Part shown: positions 32,099-43,275 of the stretch, in pieces | Numbering within the stretch: the stretch's first letter is position 1 | Layout: every line of letters begins with the position of its first letter | Notes under the pieces: model-generated | The model's input: the letters and a program-made list of their open reading frames with translations, nothing else | The model's database searches: none | Told to the model about the DNA's origin: nothing | Translations under genes and position numbers: made by a program | From: Histomonas meleagridis 2922-C6/04-290x | Lineage: Eukaryota; Protista; Parabasalia | Reading direction: 5' to 3' | Length of the DNA: 64,000 nt | Assembly (NCBI GenBank): GCA_020184695.1 | Contig: JAANOX010000241.1 | Location: 248,001-312,000, forward strand

Positions 32099-32190
32099 TT
32101 TGTAATAACGATTTCTTAACGTACATCTTTAGCATTTTCTTTCAATTTCCAGTGACAATTTTTATTAGCCAATAAACGTTTTTTTAGGAA

Positions 32191-33261
32191 ATGGAATCAT
32201 GCACAAAAAATGCAAGTAGTAACAGAAATAATTCAGATCCAAATGAAATCAATGTTATTAAAGAATTAATGGATGAAAGAAAATTAAGGATGGAAGTTGA
32301 AAAAGAAAATATTGAACTAAAAAAAATCATTATTAGACAAAAGAAAAAATATGATAATAAATGCCTTAAAATCAGAGAGTTAGAAAATTTTCAACTTGAA
32401 CTTGCTAAAAATTTGGAAATACCAAATGAAAATAAAGAAAACGTTGAAAATGAAATTCTCAGTAAAATACGATTAATCCAAGAAGAAAAATGTGAAAAAT
32501 CAGAACTTCACAATAAGAAAAGTTATTTGCAAAAATTAATTCAGATTCAAAAACATCGAATTTCCGAACTTGAAGAAGCTATTAAAGAGTGGGAACAACT
32601 TTACAGTGCAGAGGTATCAGAAGTCAAAAGAATAACCAAAGAAAAATCAGAAATGGAAGCAATCATTTTAACTCAAAATCATAGAATCAAAAAATACAAA
32701 GATCAAATTGATCAACTGATGGCTGCTACTGGAAGTCATGAATCTCCTCAATCAGATATTCACAAACTTAAAAAACAATATCGCAATGAAAAATCTCAAA
32801 ATGAATTTTTGAATAAAATCAGTTCCAAATCTGAAAACAATTTCAAAGTCATAAGCAAAGAAATAGAGGATCAACAACGCGCTCTGCAGGATGCTTTGGA
32901 AAGTTCAACTTTTGATAACAAAAAATCAAATTACATCATAAATGTACTTAATGAAACGAATCAAATAATTAAAGAAATAATTAAAAGAAATGAATATAAA
33001 TATTGTAATAATACAAAAGAAATGATTAACAAAAAGAAATCATGTTCAACTAATTCTTATTTAAGTACAAATTCTGATTATGCGAGTCCAGAAAATTGGA
33101 TGTCGAAAACAAGAGAAATGCTTTCCTTAGAGAGAAGTTTGCAAAGAACAAACGCAAAATTGAACAAATTATCATCAAATTGTGACTATTTAACACAACA
33201 AATAATTCACGCGAAAAGCCCTGATGAGGTTAATCTTTCACATCAATTTACAATGTTTTAA
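32191..33261 (+). CDS. Coiled-coil hypothetical protein
   Basis: 356-aa E/K/Q-rich heptad pattern. Confidence 0.75.
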   Translation: MESCTKNASSNRNNSDPNEINVIKELMDERKLRMEVEKENIELKKIIIRQKKKYDNKCLKIRELENFQLELAKNLEIPNENKENVENEILSKIRLIQEEKCEKSELHNKKSYLQKLIQIQKHRISELEEAIKEWEQLYSAEVSEVKRITKEKSEMEAIILTQNHRIKKYKDQIDQLMAATGSHESPQSDIHKLKKQYRNEKSQNEFLNKISSKSENNFKVISKEIEDQQRALQDALESSTFDNKKSNYIINVLNETNQIIKEIIKRNEYKYCNNTKEMINKKKSCSTNSYLSTNSDYASPENWMSKTREMLSLERSLQRTNAKLNKLSSNCDYLTQQIIHAKSPDEVNLSHQFTMF

Positions 33262-33435
33262 ACAATAATAAAAATCGGACTATAAAAATTGGTGATGTTA
33301 TTCTGTAGTGCGATAGAACGATAATTATTATTTCAAAATAAAACCGCTTTATTTCAATTCACACCGATAACTATCGTTCCCCAGCTTCATTAACCAAAAA
33401 AACAAATGAATGTGGTATTTAATGAATCATTTTAT

Positions 33436-33867
33436 CTAAAATTTGAGCGGCTTGAACAACCATGGCATCTTACCATTAAGGTACTTTTGACGGAGAACTT
33501 TTGTAATAGCTTGGAGCTCAGCCTTCTTTTGTTCAGTGTCTTCCATGGACTTGATAACTTGATCTGGCTTGACCTTGTTCCAGAAGTCCTCATCCTTCAT
33601 ACAATGACGTGTAAGGAGGAGATGGTTGAAGTTAATTGTCTTGACAAAAACTTTAACTTGAGTGCGTTTAACAATTGTCTTTTGTGGCATGTCTTTTGTT
33701 ATTTTCTTTGGTGACTTATCGATTCCCAAAACAACAGCATGTGGGTATTTACGTGCCTCAGTTGGCTCTGGATAAGCTTGTAAAACAATAGCCTTCTTTC
33801 CAGCATGGCGACCATTTAGAAGGATAACAAAACGCCCTGGTTGAAGAAGAGTCTTCTGTGTAGACAT
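33436..33867 (-). CDS. RPL27: 60S ribosomal protein L27 (eL27)
   Basis: LQPGRFVILLNGRHAGKKAIV...YPHAVVLGIDKSPKKITK...KVFVKTINFNHLLLTR...WLFKPLKF. ATG at 33867. Confidence 0.96.
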   Translation of the reverse strand: MSTQKTLLQPGRFVILLNGRHAGKKAIVLQAYPEPTEARKYPHAVVLGIDKSPKKITKDMPQKTIVKRTQVKVFVKTINFNHLLLTRHCMKDEDFWNKVKPDQVIKSMEDTEQKKAELQAITKVLRQKYLNGKMPWLFKPLKF

Positions 33868-33869
33868 CA

Positions 33870-33874
33870 AAAGG
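33870..33874 (-). promoter_or_regulatory. M5-type initiator (CCTTT) of RPL27
   Basis: CCCTTTTG lies immediately before the ATG, with an AACGGT Myb-like element just upstream. CCTTT is the alternative initiator described for T. vaginalis. Confidence 0.55.
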
Positions 33875-34057
33875 GTGGCCACGACCGTTATTTCCTATCG
33901 TACGCATCATGATGAGATGACCGTTAATTTCGTGATCACCCTCAAAATTCAATGTATGCCGTTATGAGAACGTTAATTTTCTATACGTTTGTGATTGAAT
34001 TCAATTGAAAAGCAATGATTTATTTGGCCGGGCACTTAAAATCTTTCTTTTTTGAAG

Positions 34058-34747
34058 ATGGAAGAAGATGAATCTTCAATTGCCTTACCAAAATATTTCG
34101 AGACACTTTCTCCTGAAGATCAAGAAGAATACAAAAAACTCAGAGCTGTCCTTTCATCAAAAGATTGTCGAAATAATAGAGGACAAAGGTTAACAAAATT
34201 TTCTGAAATGCTTTCCGCAATACAAAAGTTTTGCATCCGTAACGATCAAAATGATTCGAATCGATGTTTAGTTTGTGGAATTTGTTGGCTCCCAAACGGA
34301 ATTGCAATTAATACCAGACAATTAAGGAAATTAATAGATAAGTGTAAATCGTCTATTAACGGATCTCTTCAAAGAATTGGTTTTTCTGCTGTTTCAATGA
34401 AGGATGATTCTTACAATAAACTTTATGCTGTAATACCTCAATTAAAGAACAATTATAAGGAAACAAGGGAATGGTCGATAAGGCAAGCAACATTTTCTAC
34501 ACCGCAAGCAGAATTACCAGTTTTCAATCCATATCCAACTCCACCAAATTACCCACCACAAGCTCAAACACCACATCCTAATATAACACCTCTTCCAATG
34601 AGCAATGATTCATTTGCACAAGATTATCAAAGTGGAGATATACCCCCAGATCCAGATGATTGGAGTGATCCATTTTGTCTACCACCTTCATTTGTGTTTG
34701 ATGATAATGAGAATCAAGATTTCAACGAAAATGATCAATATTTGTGA
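34058..34747 (+). CDS. Initiator-binding domain (IBP39-like, IBD) transcription factor
   Basis: LSPEDQEEYKKLR...RCLVCGICWLPNGIAINTRQLRKLIDKCKSSINGSLQRIGF is the parabasalid IBD signature. Confidence 0.9.
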   Translation: MEEDESSIALPKYFETLSPEDQEEYKKLRAVLSSKDCRNNRGQRLTKFSEMLSAIQKFCIRNDQNDSNRCLVCGICWLPNGIAINTRQLRKLIDKCKSSINGSLQRIGFSAVSMKDDSYNKLYAVIPQLKNNYKETREWSIRQATFSTPQAELPVFNPYPTPPNYPPQAQTPHPNITPLPMSNDSFAQDYQSGDIPPDPDDWSDPFCLPPSFVFDDNENQDFNENDQYL

Positions 34748-34835
34748 TTTAATAAACGGTTAAATAATCAATAAACGGTTTTAATACAACCAAATTTGGT
34801 GCACCCCGCAATAATTATGTAAATTACTCAAAAAA

Positions 34836-37517
34836 ATGTCAAAAAGTGTAAAAATCAGTTACTTTTTTCAGAGCTTATTCGGTCAAATTTATACCCCAGA
34901 ATTTCCCATGAGCACAGAACAAAAAGAACCAATAGCACATGGGCAAGATAAACGACACACAAAACCAGTAATTTTGAATACAGATCCTCAGCAGACAAAA
35001 AGCGCTCCAAAATTTCAAGGTAATTTTCCTCCATCTCTTGCAAAAAGATTAGCAAGACATGGGGTTGGAGGAAATATGAACCCTGAAGAAAGGAAGTCAA
35101 TGAATGTTTCTGTTCGTAAAACGTCAATGCCTCCTCCATTAGCCCCAATTCTAACAAACAGAAGAAATACATTAACAGGACAATCTAATTCTGAAACTAT
35201 AATTGAATCAGAGTCCGACGCAAGTGCTCCTGTATCACAAAAAAACAAAGTTGTTGTAATTGATGAATCTGCATTAATTCCACATAATCATCAAAAAGAA
35301 GTTACAAGGCCAAAGCGTTCAAGTAAGCAAAAAAAGGAAAAATCTTCATCACCAATCCCACCAGAAAAAATTGATAAATCAAATACATCAACACTTTCAT
35401 CTTCTCAAAGATCATTTCCCAAGTGCCCAGAATCAAGAGAAAGTGTTAAGCTCAAAGAGCCTACTTCAAAATGTCTCCAAGAAGCAATATGCAATTGCAA
35501 ACAAGATGCTACTATTATTGTACCTGAAGGAGAATATAAAGTTTCACTCAACATTTCAAAATCTATTCAATTTGTTGCGGAAGGGAAGGTTATTTTTCGT
35601 CCACAAAACACAAATTCTGTAATTACTTCAAATTCTTCATATCTATCATTTGATGGTTTTTCTATTAAGAGGGATGATGAATCTCCCAACGCATTAATTC
35701 AGATCGAAGGAGGTGCTACATATTTCAGGAACTGTAAGTTTTCAACTTCCAAAAGTAAAGTTGCCATTCAAATTTACAACGATTCAAACGTTCAAATATC
35801 CAATTCAAAAATTAAAGGAATTGAATGCGTTTTATTATTTGCCGATCAAACCGCTACCATCCAATGCAAGAAGACAATATTCATCGGACAAGGGGAAATA
35901 GGCGTTTTCCTGAACAATCAATCAGCTGGATTCTTTAATGAATGTTCTTTTAAAGAATCTAGTAAAGCAGCTATTATATCATTTGAACAATCTAAAATTA
36001 ATGCTCACGCATGTACATTTTCAGCAACTCCAATTGCAATATTTAATTCAGAAGATAGTAATGAAGTAATGTCATGTAACTTTAAGAGTTCTAATCAACC
36101 ATCATTAATATGTGGATCATCAGCAACAGTCAATATTTCTTCTTCAAAAATTACAAACGGTTTGTTGGATTGTAGAGATTGTTCGAATGTTCATTCTTCT
36201 GATAACAGATTTTTGAACTCATCATTATACGTATGGGGATCAACTAAAGTAGAATCCTGTAATGATTCGTTCACTGGAGAAGCTTCTGCAGCAATTTCTG
36301 TTTTTGATTATTCGTCTCTCACTCTTAAGCATGGAACAATTTCTGACATTATTGGATGTGGTTTACTTTGCTATGGATCAAGTGAAACCAAACTCGAGTT
36401 CACCCAATTTAAGTCGATACGCGATTCATCTGTTTTTTGTCATTCAGGTGCAAACATATTAATTTGTGATTGTGAATTTACCAAAGCTGGCAATACAGCC
36501 ATTTTTATTAGCACTTCACCGCGCTCACAAATCCTTCGTTGTACCATTAGAGAGAATGCTCTTGCAGGCATTGAGCTTTCCGACACGAACAACTTCATCA
36601 TCAAGGAGACCGTTATCTCTTCAAACAAAAAGTGCGGCATGATTTTAACGAACTGTTCTGGCACCATAACAAATTGTCAATTCGCCTCCAATTATTTTTC
36701 AGGTCTTCATTCTACCAATAGTTCATGTAATATTGACCAATGTAAATTTATCCACAACAAAAAAGGCGGATTATTCTGTTTTAATAATTCCCATTCTAAA
36801 GTCAACTCGAGTATCTTTGAATCTAATGAATGGGCAGCAATTTCTGTTGATAAGACCACAATTGCAGATATTGTTTCGACTACATTTAGTAATAATTCAC
36901 TTGCTATTAATGATGATGGTAAAGTTACATTAACTAAATGTAAAATTTCTGATCATTCATCCACAGCAGTACAAGTTAAAAACACATTTATATGTACTGA
37001 ATCACGTTTCGAGCGTTGTCATGCAGCTATAGTCTTAACTAATGATAGTAAGATGGATGAAACGAAGTCGATTTTCAACGAGAACGAAGTACACTTTAGT
37101 TCCGTTGGTAAAAACGAGTTCCAATGCATTGGCACCGAATTTAATAATGCTAAATCGAATGCTGGCGTTATATTAGGCAAAAATTGCATTGGAACTTTTA
37201 GCCATTGTATATTTAATGGTAATTCGACCGCAGCTTTAATTGTACTTGGAAAGGCAAATATATTCGAATCGGAGATAAAGAACTCGGGCGCGGCGGGAAT
37301 CGTCTTTGAAGAAGGATCCGAATGCGAATTGTTCTCGTCGAAGATAGAAAACAATGGAATGTACGGGCTGCATATATACGGAGGCGATTTGAATATACAA
37401 AAAAATGTGATAACGGGACATAAGATGTATGGAATTTATATAAGTAACGTAAGGGTACCCCAAATAGAAAATAATACTTTCAGAAAAAATCAGATTACTG
37501 ATGTGTGGCGTCAATAA
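34836..37517 (+). CDS. Right-handed parallel beta-helix repeat protein
   Basis: Low-complexity N-terminus, CLQEAI...TIIVPEGEYK cap, then many PbH1-like repeats (NKKCGMIL, NYFSGLH, NKKGGLF, NGMYGLHI). The start may be 34908. Confidence 0.85.
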   Translation: MSKSVKISYFFQSLFGQIYTPEFPMSTEQKEPIAHGQDKRHTKPVILNTDPQQTKSAPKFQGNFPPSLAKRLARHGVGGNMNPEERKSMNVSVRKTSMPPPLAPILTNRRNTLTGQSNSETIIESESDASAPVSQKNKVVVIDESALIPHNHQKEVTRPKRSSKQKKEKSSSPIPPEKIDKSNTSTLSSSQRSFPKCPESRESVKLKEPTSKCLQEAICNCKQDATIIVPEGEYKVSLNISKSIQFVAEGKVIFRPQNTNSVITSNSSYLSFDGFSIKRDDESPNALIQIEGGATYFRNCKFSTSKSKVAIQIYNDSNVQISNSKIKGIECVLLFADQTATIQCKKTIFIGQGEIGVFLNNQSAGFFNECSFKESSKAAIISFEQSKINAHACTFSATPIAIFNSEDSNEVMSCNFKSSNQPSLICGSSATVNISSSKITNGLLDCRDCSNVHSSDNRFLNSSLYVWGSTKVESCNDSFTGEASAAISVFDYSSLTLKHGTISDIIGCGLLCYGSSETKLEFTQFKSIRDSSVFCHSGANILICDCEFTKAGNTAIFISTSPRSQILRCTIRENALAGIELSDTNNFIIKETVISSNKKCGMILTNCSGTITNCQFASNYFSGLHSTNSSCNIDQCKFIHNKKGGLFCFNNSHSKVNSSIFESNEWAAISVDKTTIADIVSTTFSNNSLAINDDGKVTLTKCKISDHSSTAVQVKNTFICTESRFERCHAAIVLTNDSKMDETKSIFNENEVHFSSVGKNEFQCIGTEFNNAKSNAGVILGKNCIGTFSHCIFNGNSTAALIVLGKANIFESEIKNSGAAGIVFEEGSECELFSSKIENNGMYGLHIYGGDLNIQKNVITGHKMYGIYISNVRVPQIENNTFRKNQITDVWRQ

Positions 37518-37793
37518 ATTTCTTTTCGTATTGTAAATTTCCATTTTTAATAAAAAAAAATTCATGTAATTAATTACAGAGAATTCGTGTTTTAATTTAT
37601 ATGTAAAGAATTTGCTTTCAGAACAAATTAATACATTAATATTACGAAAACTAAAATGAATATCGATTGGATACTAAATTTTTCATCAATTTTTGTTATT
37701 CAAAGATGAAAAAATGAGAACGGTTAAGAGGGTGCTCCAAAATAACCGTATATCGTATTCAATATTTTTCTTCGTTTTTCTGATGTTTATGGA

Positions 37794-39308
37794 ATGGAAC
37801 CAAATGAAGTGGAAGAATTGGCTGTAAAAGATTTTATACAAAATAAAACAACACTTTTACCACAACACGATTATATATTACCGTATTTGAGGAGTTTGCA
37901 ATGTAATGAGCAAGAGTATACTTTTGAATCTGCGTTTTCAAAGATCACCCCTTCTTCAGATATTAAAGAAGCAGCACTAATTTTAGGTAAAGTAAAGCGT
38001 GTTCAAATAATAGAACCTACTGAATCTTTTTTAGAAGCCATGAAATTATTTACAGAAATTGAAACAAGAATTCGTTACTCAATTTTTAAACCTAATGAAA
38101 ATCCACCACATCATCTCTCTAAGCTACTTACAACTAAGAAAGCAAGATCTGTTTTTTCAGATGTTGAAGTGACTTGTTTATTAGCAATTTTTGCTGATCC
38201 AAAAGGGCTTAACCTTAGAAATATTACTACACATGGTTTTTCCTTTGACACATCTTTATCGCTACCTCTTCTGAGAGGAGTGAAAAATTTGATATTTCCA
38301 AAATTAACCAATTTTAATCCCATTCAAATCGACTTTTTGAAAGAAAAATCGTTATTTCATTTTCACAAATTTCGGTTAAACTTCCCCGATAGATTAAACG
38401 GCTACCGACCATCTCGCTTCAATCTTTTGGATAATGATCGACTTAATGCTCTCAAAGAATCATATAAGCTTTATGAAAATGAACAATATTTTGAGTCTCT
38501 TCTTCTCTTGTTTCCTATTTTTGAGCATTCTTTAAGGCGCGCATCTGTTGTTTTAAATAATTATCCTTTAGATAAATTATGTGCATCATCTGAAGAACAT
38601 TTTCTCACGTTTAAAGAGTGTTATCCTGATTTACCGGAATCTCTTTCGAATGCGTTTGTTGATCTCCTTTTTGCGCCAGATGGTCCAAGGATTCGAGATC
38701 GTCTTATGCATTTTTATTGTACTAATATTCCTAATGAATTTGTTTTTTGTGTTTTTTCTTTGTATGAGAAATGTTGTGATTATTTTGATGGAATTGATAT
38801 TAGTGATAACTTTTGGGAATTCGCATTTCATCCAAGCAGATGTCTTGAGTATGAGATTTCTCTTACTTTGGAGATCCCTAGGCTTGATCTTCTCAAAGTA
38901 TATAATAGTAATATATTTGAGCGTCTTTCTGAATGTATAATTTGTGCACGAAATGCAAAACAAGATTGGAAAGATGAAGACGCGAATAAATTTATGCACG
39001 GCCCTTTCCAAATGTTTATAGTTACATGTGTTTTGTGTTTTTTGGATCAATCAGTGACGAATGCATCAATGCAAAACTTATTAGGCTTAGCGTATGCACC
39101 TTTAAGAATGCATCAAAAAAACGATTGGCCAAGACTTAAAAACATGATTGTTTCTAGAGTTAAAAGTATTCGAAAACTTCTTCCATTCATTGAAAACGAT
39201 TTTGAAATTAGTTTCGAATCATTAGAAAGATTTTTTGGAAATGAAACAATACTTTTGGATGCCATAAATAGATTAACTTTAAAGATTAATAGTAATGATA
39301 AAATATGA
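37794..39308 (+). CDS. DUF4209/ERMARD-like protein
   Basis: LLFPIFEHSLRR and LFAPDGPRIRDRLMH resemble the ERMARD/DUF4209 motifs; GLNLRNITTHGF. Confidence 0.65.
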   Translation: MEPNEVEELAVKDFIQNKTTLLPQHDYILPYLRSLQCNEQEYTFESAFSKITPSSDIKEAALILGKVKRVQIIEPTESFLEAMKLFTEIETRIRYSIFKPNENPPHHLSKLLTTKKARSVFSDVEVTCLLAIFADPKGLNLRNITTHGFSFDTSLSLPLLRGVKNLIFPKLTNFNPIQIDFLKEKSLFHFHKFRLNFPDRLNGYRPSRFNLLDNDRLNALKESYKLYENEQYFESLLLLFPIFEHSLRRASVVLNNYPLDKLCASSEEHFLTFKECYPDLPESLSNAFVDLLFAPDGPRIRDRLMHFYCTNIPNEFVFCVFSLYEKCCDYFDGIDISDNFWEFAFHPSRCLEYEISLTLEIPRLDLLKVYNSNIFERLSECIICARNAKQDWKDEDANKFMHGPFQMFIVTCVLCFLDQSVTNASMQNLLGLAYAPLRMHQKNDWPRLKNMIVSRVKSIRKLLPFIENDFEISFESLERFFGNETILLDAINRLTLKINSNDKI

Positions 39309-39399
39309 TGTTAAATAAATAATACTTGAATATTAATTTTGAAATAAGTTTTTATGTGTGATGATAAAGATTAAGAATTAAATTGAATTCATTTTTTAA

Positions 39400-40020
39400 A
39401 GCAGTTCTCAATTATCTAATATGGAAAAACTTTTAGAATTGGAAAAAATTCTCTTTAGTTTAAAAGAGGAAAATAAAATTTATCAGTTCAATATTAATTG
39501 ATTATGCATCATTTTTTGGATCAATAAAATGTTTTAAATATTTATCTATGAATGATGCTTATTTGAATTACACAGGTAAATATGCTATTGCAGGTGGAAA
39601 TGAAGAATTCATTTATGTGAACAAAATCATACAACATTTGAAAATGCATATAAAACAACATTTAAATTTCATCAAAATGATATCTTTATGAAAATAAAAT
39701 TGGAATTTCTGAACGAAAAGGAATTGATATTAATGCTTCAGATAAATTTTATTTTAATAATTTGATATTTCAAAATAATATTTTGAAATTATTTAAAACA
39801 GCACAAATTTTAGTATCTGAAAATGAACACACAGAAATAGCCAAATGTATGTTTATTTGTTTTATTTGAAAATTATTTTAATAACTTTGGACAACAAAAT
39901 GACACATGGAAATTATTTCAATCATTTTGGACACTACTTATAATTGCAACTTGTGAAGGTCATATATCAAAATTACTTTTTGGACAAAAGAAATTGATGT
40001 CTGATAAAAATTTATTTAGT
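39400..40020 (+). pseudogene. Decayed DUF3447/ankyrin gene with spacer remnants
   Basis: Fragments ILIDYASFFGSIKCFKY, TGKYAIAGGNEE and GIDINA, with many indels; spacer remnants at ~39745-39795 and ~39850-39930. Confidence 0.8.
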
Positions 40021-40107
40021 TTTCATAAAAACAATTTAATAACACAACATGCAAATTCAAGCAAAAAATCAATTCAATATAACAATTCCAATTAAAGATA
40101 TTTTTAA

Positions 40108-42348
40108 TCATATCAAATGTGCGCTTTCGACATCAGCAATAAACTTACTCAAACAAATACCATTTCCATTATCATAATACTTAATCAAATTCTGCAGTTT
40201 CTGCTTATCCAAAATGAATCCTATGTTCATCATTCTCTCAATGAACTCTTTTGGCTCGATGAAATCGCTTCTGCAATCTCTGAAGACGAATCCTAATCTT
40301 CTTCTTCTTTCAGAAAGTTTTGTTTTAATTTCGCAAATGAAGTTATGTAATTCATCCATAACTTCTTTTTCATTTGGTTTTATTTTATTTATTTCTTTAA
40401 TTTCTTCTTGTGATAACTGAAGTTGTTTCAAATCATTGATCAACTTAGTATAATAAAATCGTTCTGGATGTACTTTAGATTGATAAAAATCTAAAATCAT
40501 TTTGACTTGGTTTGGTTGAATTGGAAATCGAATGAAATTAAAACATGCTGAAAGTCGATCGTTCTTTATGAAGCCAGAATTGGTGGGATCACATTGCCTA
40601 AAGATATCAGAGGGATCAACCATCTTGGCAACAAGGAACGCTTTCAGATTCCGAAGAATTTCGGTGAATTCTGTGGACTTCGATTTCTCTTCTTCAACGA
40701 TGACTTCATCCGGCGGTTGTGACGATGAAACATCGCGGCAAAGAAAAATGTAATTGACATCGGGATTACCGTAATGCGATATAAGGGTTTGAAGATCGCC
40801 TCGTGTAAGTCGAGGAAATAGGGAATTCATTACATATAAAAACTGGTTCGGCGGAATAATTCCTCTTTTCGTCCGATCATTAGATCGAAGCTCATCAATT
40901 AAAATTAGGTTTAATGACCGCTCGTAGCGCGCAAGCTTATAAATGACATTTTGAACATTCCGTGGTAAAATCTTCTGTTGTGATTGATTATCAGTAATTG
41001 GCTCTTCTTCGTCATCTGAAAGTTCTGGATCAATCTGGGAACAAAGTGGTTGCCATCTAATGAACCCTGGGTTCTTCCCGGGGAACTTTTGTTGGAGTGC
41101 CTCGATTTCAAATTGATTGAGTTGAAATCCAACTTGTTGAAGACCTGCACTAACAAGAGAAGCAGGGAACTCACCAAGGTTCTCGCGATCGAAGCGTGCA
41201 AATCGAGGGTACATTTGTGTTTGTTTGCTTGTAAGGAAAGAATTGATTTTTGAAATTATGTGATCAACATCATTTCGTTGAGTTTTCATGGGAACTCTGA
41301 AGTTGGAGAGGAATTTGTTGGTGTCTATTGAATTGTTACCAGCGTTATAAGAATTTGCAATAAATATTATTTCATCAGAAGAAAGACCAAGTTGAAGTTG
41401 TTCAAGCGTTTTCATGAACTGATAACGTGAAGCAATTGGTTGAGATGGATCAAAATAGTTATTAAGATCAATTTTTCTTGTTTGGATCTTATTTTTAATT
41501 TCCGATAAAAGATCCCCAAGATCATATGATCTCTCGCGAACTGGCTCTGGAGCCTTACGCTGAAATTCTTGACTATGCTCTTCGTAATAGCTATTTGTGT
41601 CAATATAAATTTGCATATAATTTACTTGATTGTCGGATTCATAATACTTGGCTACTTCTTCGAGGTCACGGGAATTCATTCGAACACCGGAGGCAATCAT
41701 AAGACGAGTGAAAATACCAAAATCAACTTTTCCGATGTTCAAACGATCTCGTTGTGAGAATAGAGAACGTAAATCGACGCCAAGAGAAATGATTTGGGTG
41801 ATCGCGGAAATAACTGTTTGTGGCATCTTTTTTGGTTGGGTGATAGAATTTATGTTATCATTTATTGCATTGATAACTTCGGAATAACGAATAACGCCGT
41901 TATCAGAAAAGTAATCTATAATTTCCTCATTTGCTTTGGAAGGTCCAAATGCTCTGATAAAGTCATTTTCAGATATGTATCCATTATGATACCTATCATA
42001 TGATCTGAAGACATCTTCAATATTAACGTGTTGCATTCGTGATTTTTGGTATAATTCTGTTAATGCTGATTTGCAAAGTGGAGTTTTGTTGCTTAGTTTT
42101 GTAGCATTTTTAACTGCTTGAATGAACTTACTTGAATTAATTCTATCTGCTCCAGCAGAAAAAGTATCTCTAAGAATTTGAATTTCTTTTGCTGACAGAC
42201 GAATTTCACATGTTGTTAATATTTGTTGGAATTGTGCATATGTTACATACCCGATTTTTCTGCGATCATATGTATCAAAGACATCTTCAAGGCGGATCTT
42301 TCTTAAAGTTATTGCATTTTGGATCTTCCTCAAAATGTTCGATTCCAT
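40108..42348 (-). CDS. Multi-EF-hand calcium-binding protein
   Basis: Repeated DxxxxG loops: FDTYDRRKIGYV, FRSYDRYHNGYI, DRLNIGKV, FDRENLGEF, NDRTKRGII, CDPTNSGFI. Confidence 0.88.
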   Translation of the reverse strand: MESNILRKIQNAITLRKIRLEDVFDTYDRRKIGYVTYAQFQQILTTCEIRLSAKEIQILRDTFSAGADRINSSKFIQAVKNATKLSNKTPLCKSALTELYQKSRMQHVNIEDVFRSYDRYHNGYISENDFIRAFGPSKANEEIIDYFSDNGVIRYSEVINAINDNINSITQPKKMPQTVISAITQIISLGVDLRSLFSQRDRLNIGKVDFGIFTRLMIASGVRMNSRDLEEVAKYYESDNQVNYMQIYIDTNSYYEEHSQEFQRKAPEPVRERSYDLGDLLSEIKNKIQTRKIDLNNYFDPSQPIASRYQFMKTLEQLQLGLSSDEIIFIANSYNAGNNSIDTNKFLSNFRVPMKTQRNDVDHIISKINSFLTSKQTQMYPRFARFDRENLGEFPASLVSAGLQQVGFQLNQFEIEALQQKFPGKNPGFIRWQPLCSQIDPELSDDEEEPITDNQSQQKILPRNVQNVIYKLARYERSLNLILIDELRSNDRTKRGIIPPNQFLYVMNSLFPRLTRGDLQTLISHYGNPDVNYIFLCRDVSSSQPPDEVIVEEEKSKSTEFTEILRNLKAFLVAKMVDPSDIFRQCDPTNSGFIKNDRLSACFNFIRFPIQPNQVKMILDFYQSKVHPERFYYTKLINDLKQLQLSQEEIKEINKIKPNEKEVMDELHNFICEIKTKLSERRRRLGFVFRDCRSDFIEPKEFIERMMNIGFILDKQKLQNLIKYYDNGNGICLSKFIADVESAHLI

Positions 42349-43275
42349 GTAAAGTGTGGACGTTTTGAATTTTCATGGAACGTTTAAAAAATTAAGTTGC
42401 AAATTTGACTGGTTTATTTAAAAATTAATTGGTTTATACAAATGAAACCAAAAGTTTATGAAAACCTTTGATTATTAGTGCATTATTTCATTTTATTATC
42501 ACCACCGGGAAAGCCCTTGCAAGTGAAGCCTAGAGATCAAAATTAAATTAAACTGATTATTTTTCAAATTTAACAAATCATACGATTTGAAATCAAATTA
42601 TAATATATAATTTTTCACTGCAAAAACAGGTATTTGGTGAGAAGAAAATGTTAAAAAAATCATCTTTTGTTAACTATTTCTAAATTTTAAATTTTTATAT
42701 AATTTAACAATAATACCAATACAAATAAAATTAAAGGAGAGCTACAAAAGAACATTTGATTCAAAACAAACAATTAAATTTTTTAACTTTTTAATTAGAT
42801 TTGATCAATTAGATAGTTTAACGAAATTTAGCTAAGATATAAGGAGGGAAAAAACTATTCCTCGTTTTAGCTACGCTATATTAAAAAAATTGTTTAAATC
42901 AAATAATGATGCTCATTGAATAAATGTTAATAAAATGAATGATTTTACATGTCAGGAAGTGGTGTCATTCAGAATTGATTCATTTTGCAGTATATTTTTT
43001 TTCCTTAACTTCAACAAATTCATGAACTTTCATGTTTGAGAATTTTTTGTATTGATTTTTTTGTATGAATTTTATTGAAAAAGAATTTATGTATAATTCA
43101 AAAAGTTTGCTTTTTGAATGTTCCTGCCAAAAATTCTGAGGTGCGTGACAACATCACCTTTTACATCTCCGACAGATCTCTGCAATATTTCGATCAAAAC
43201 AATGCTTTAACCGGATCAACAATCCAACAAAAAATGCCAATATACAATCTATTGTCAATTTCAATAATTTTATTC

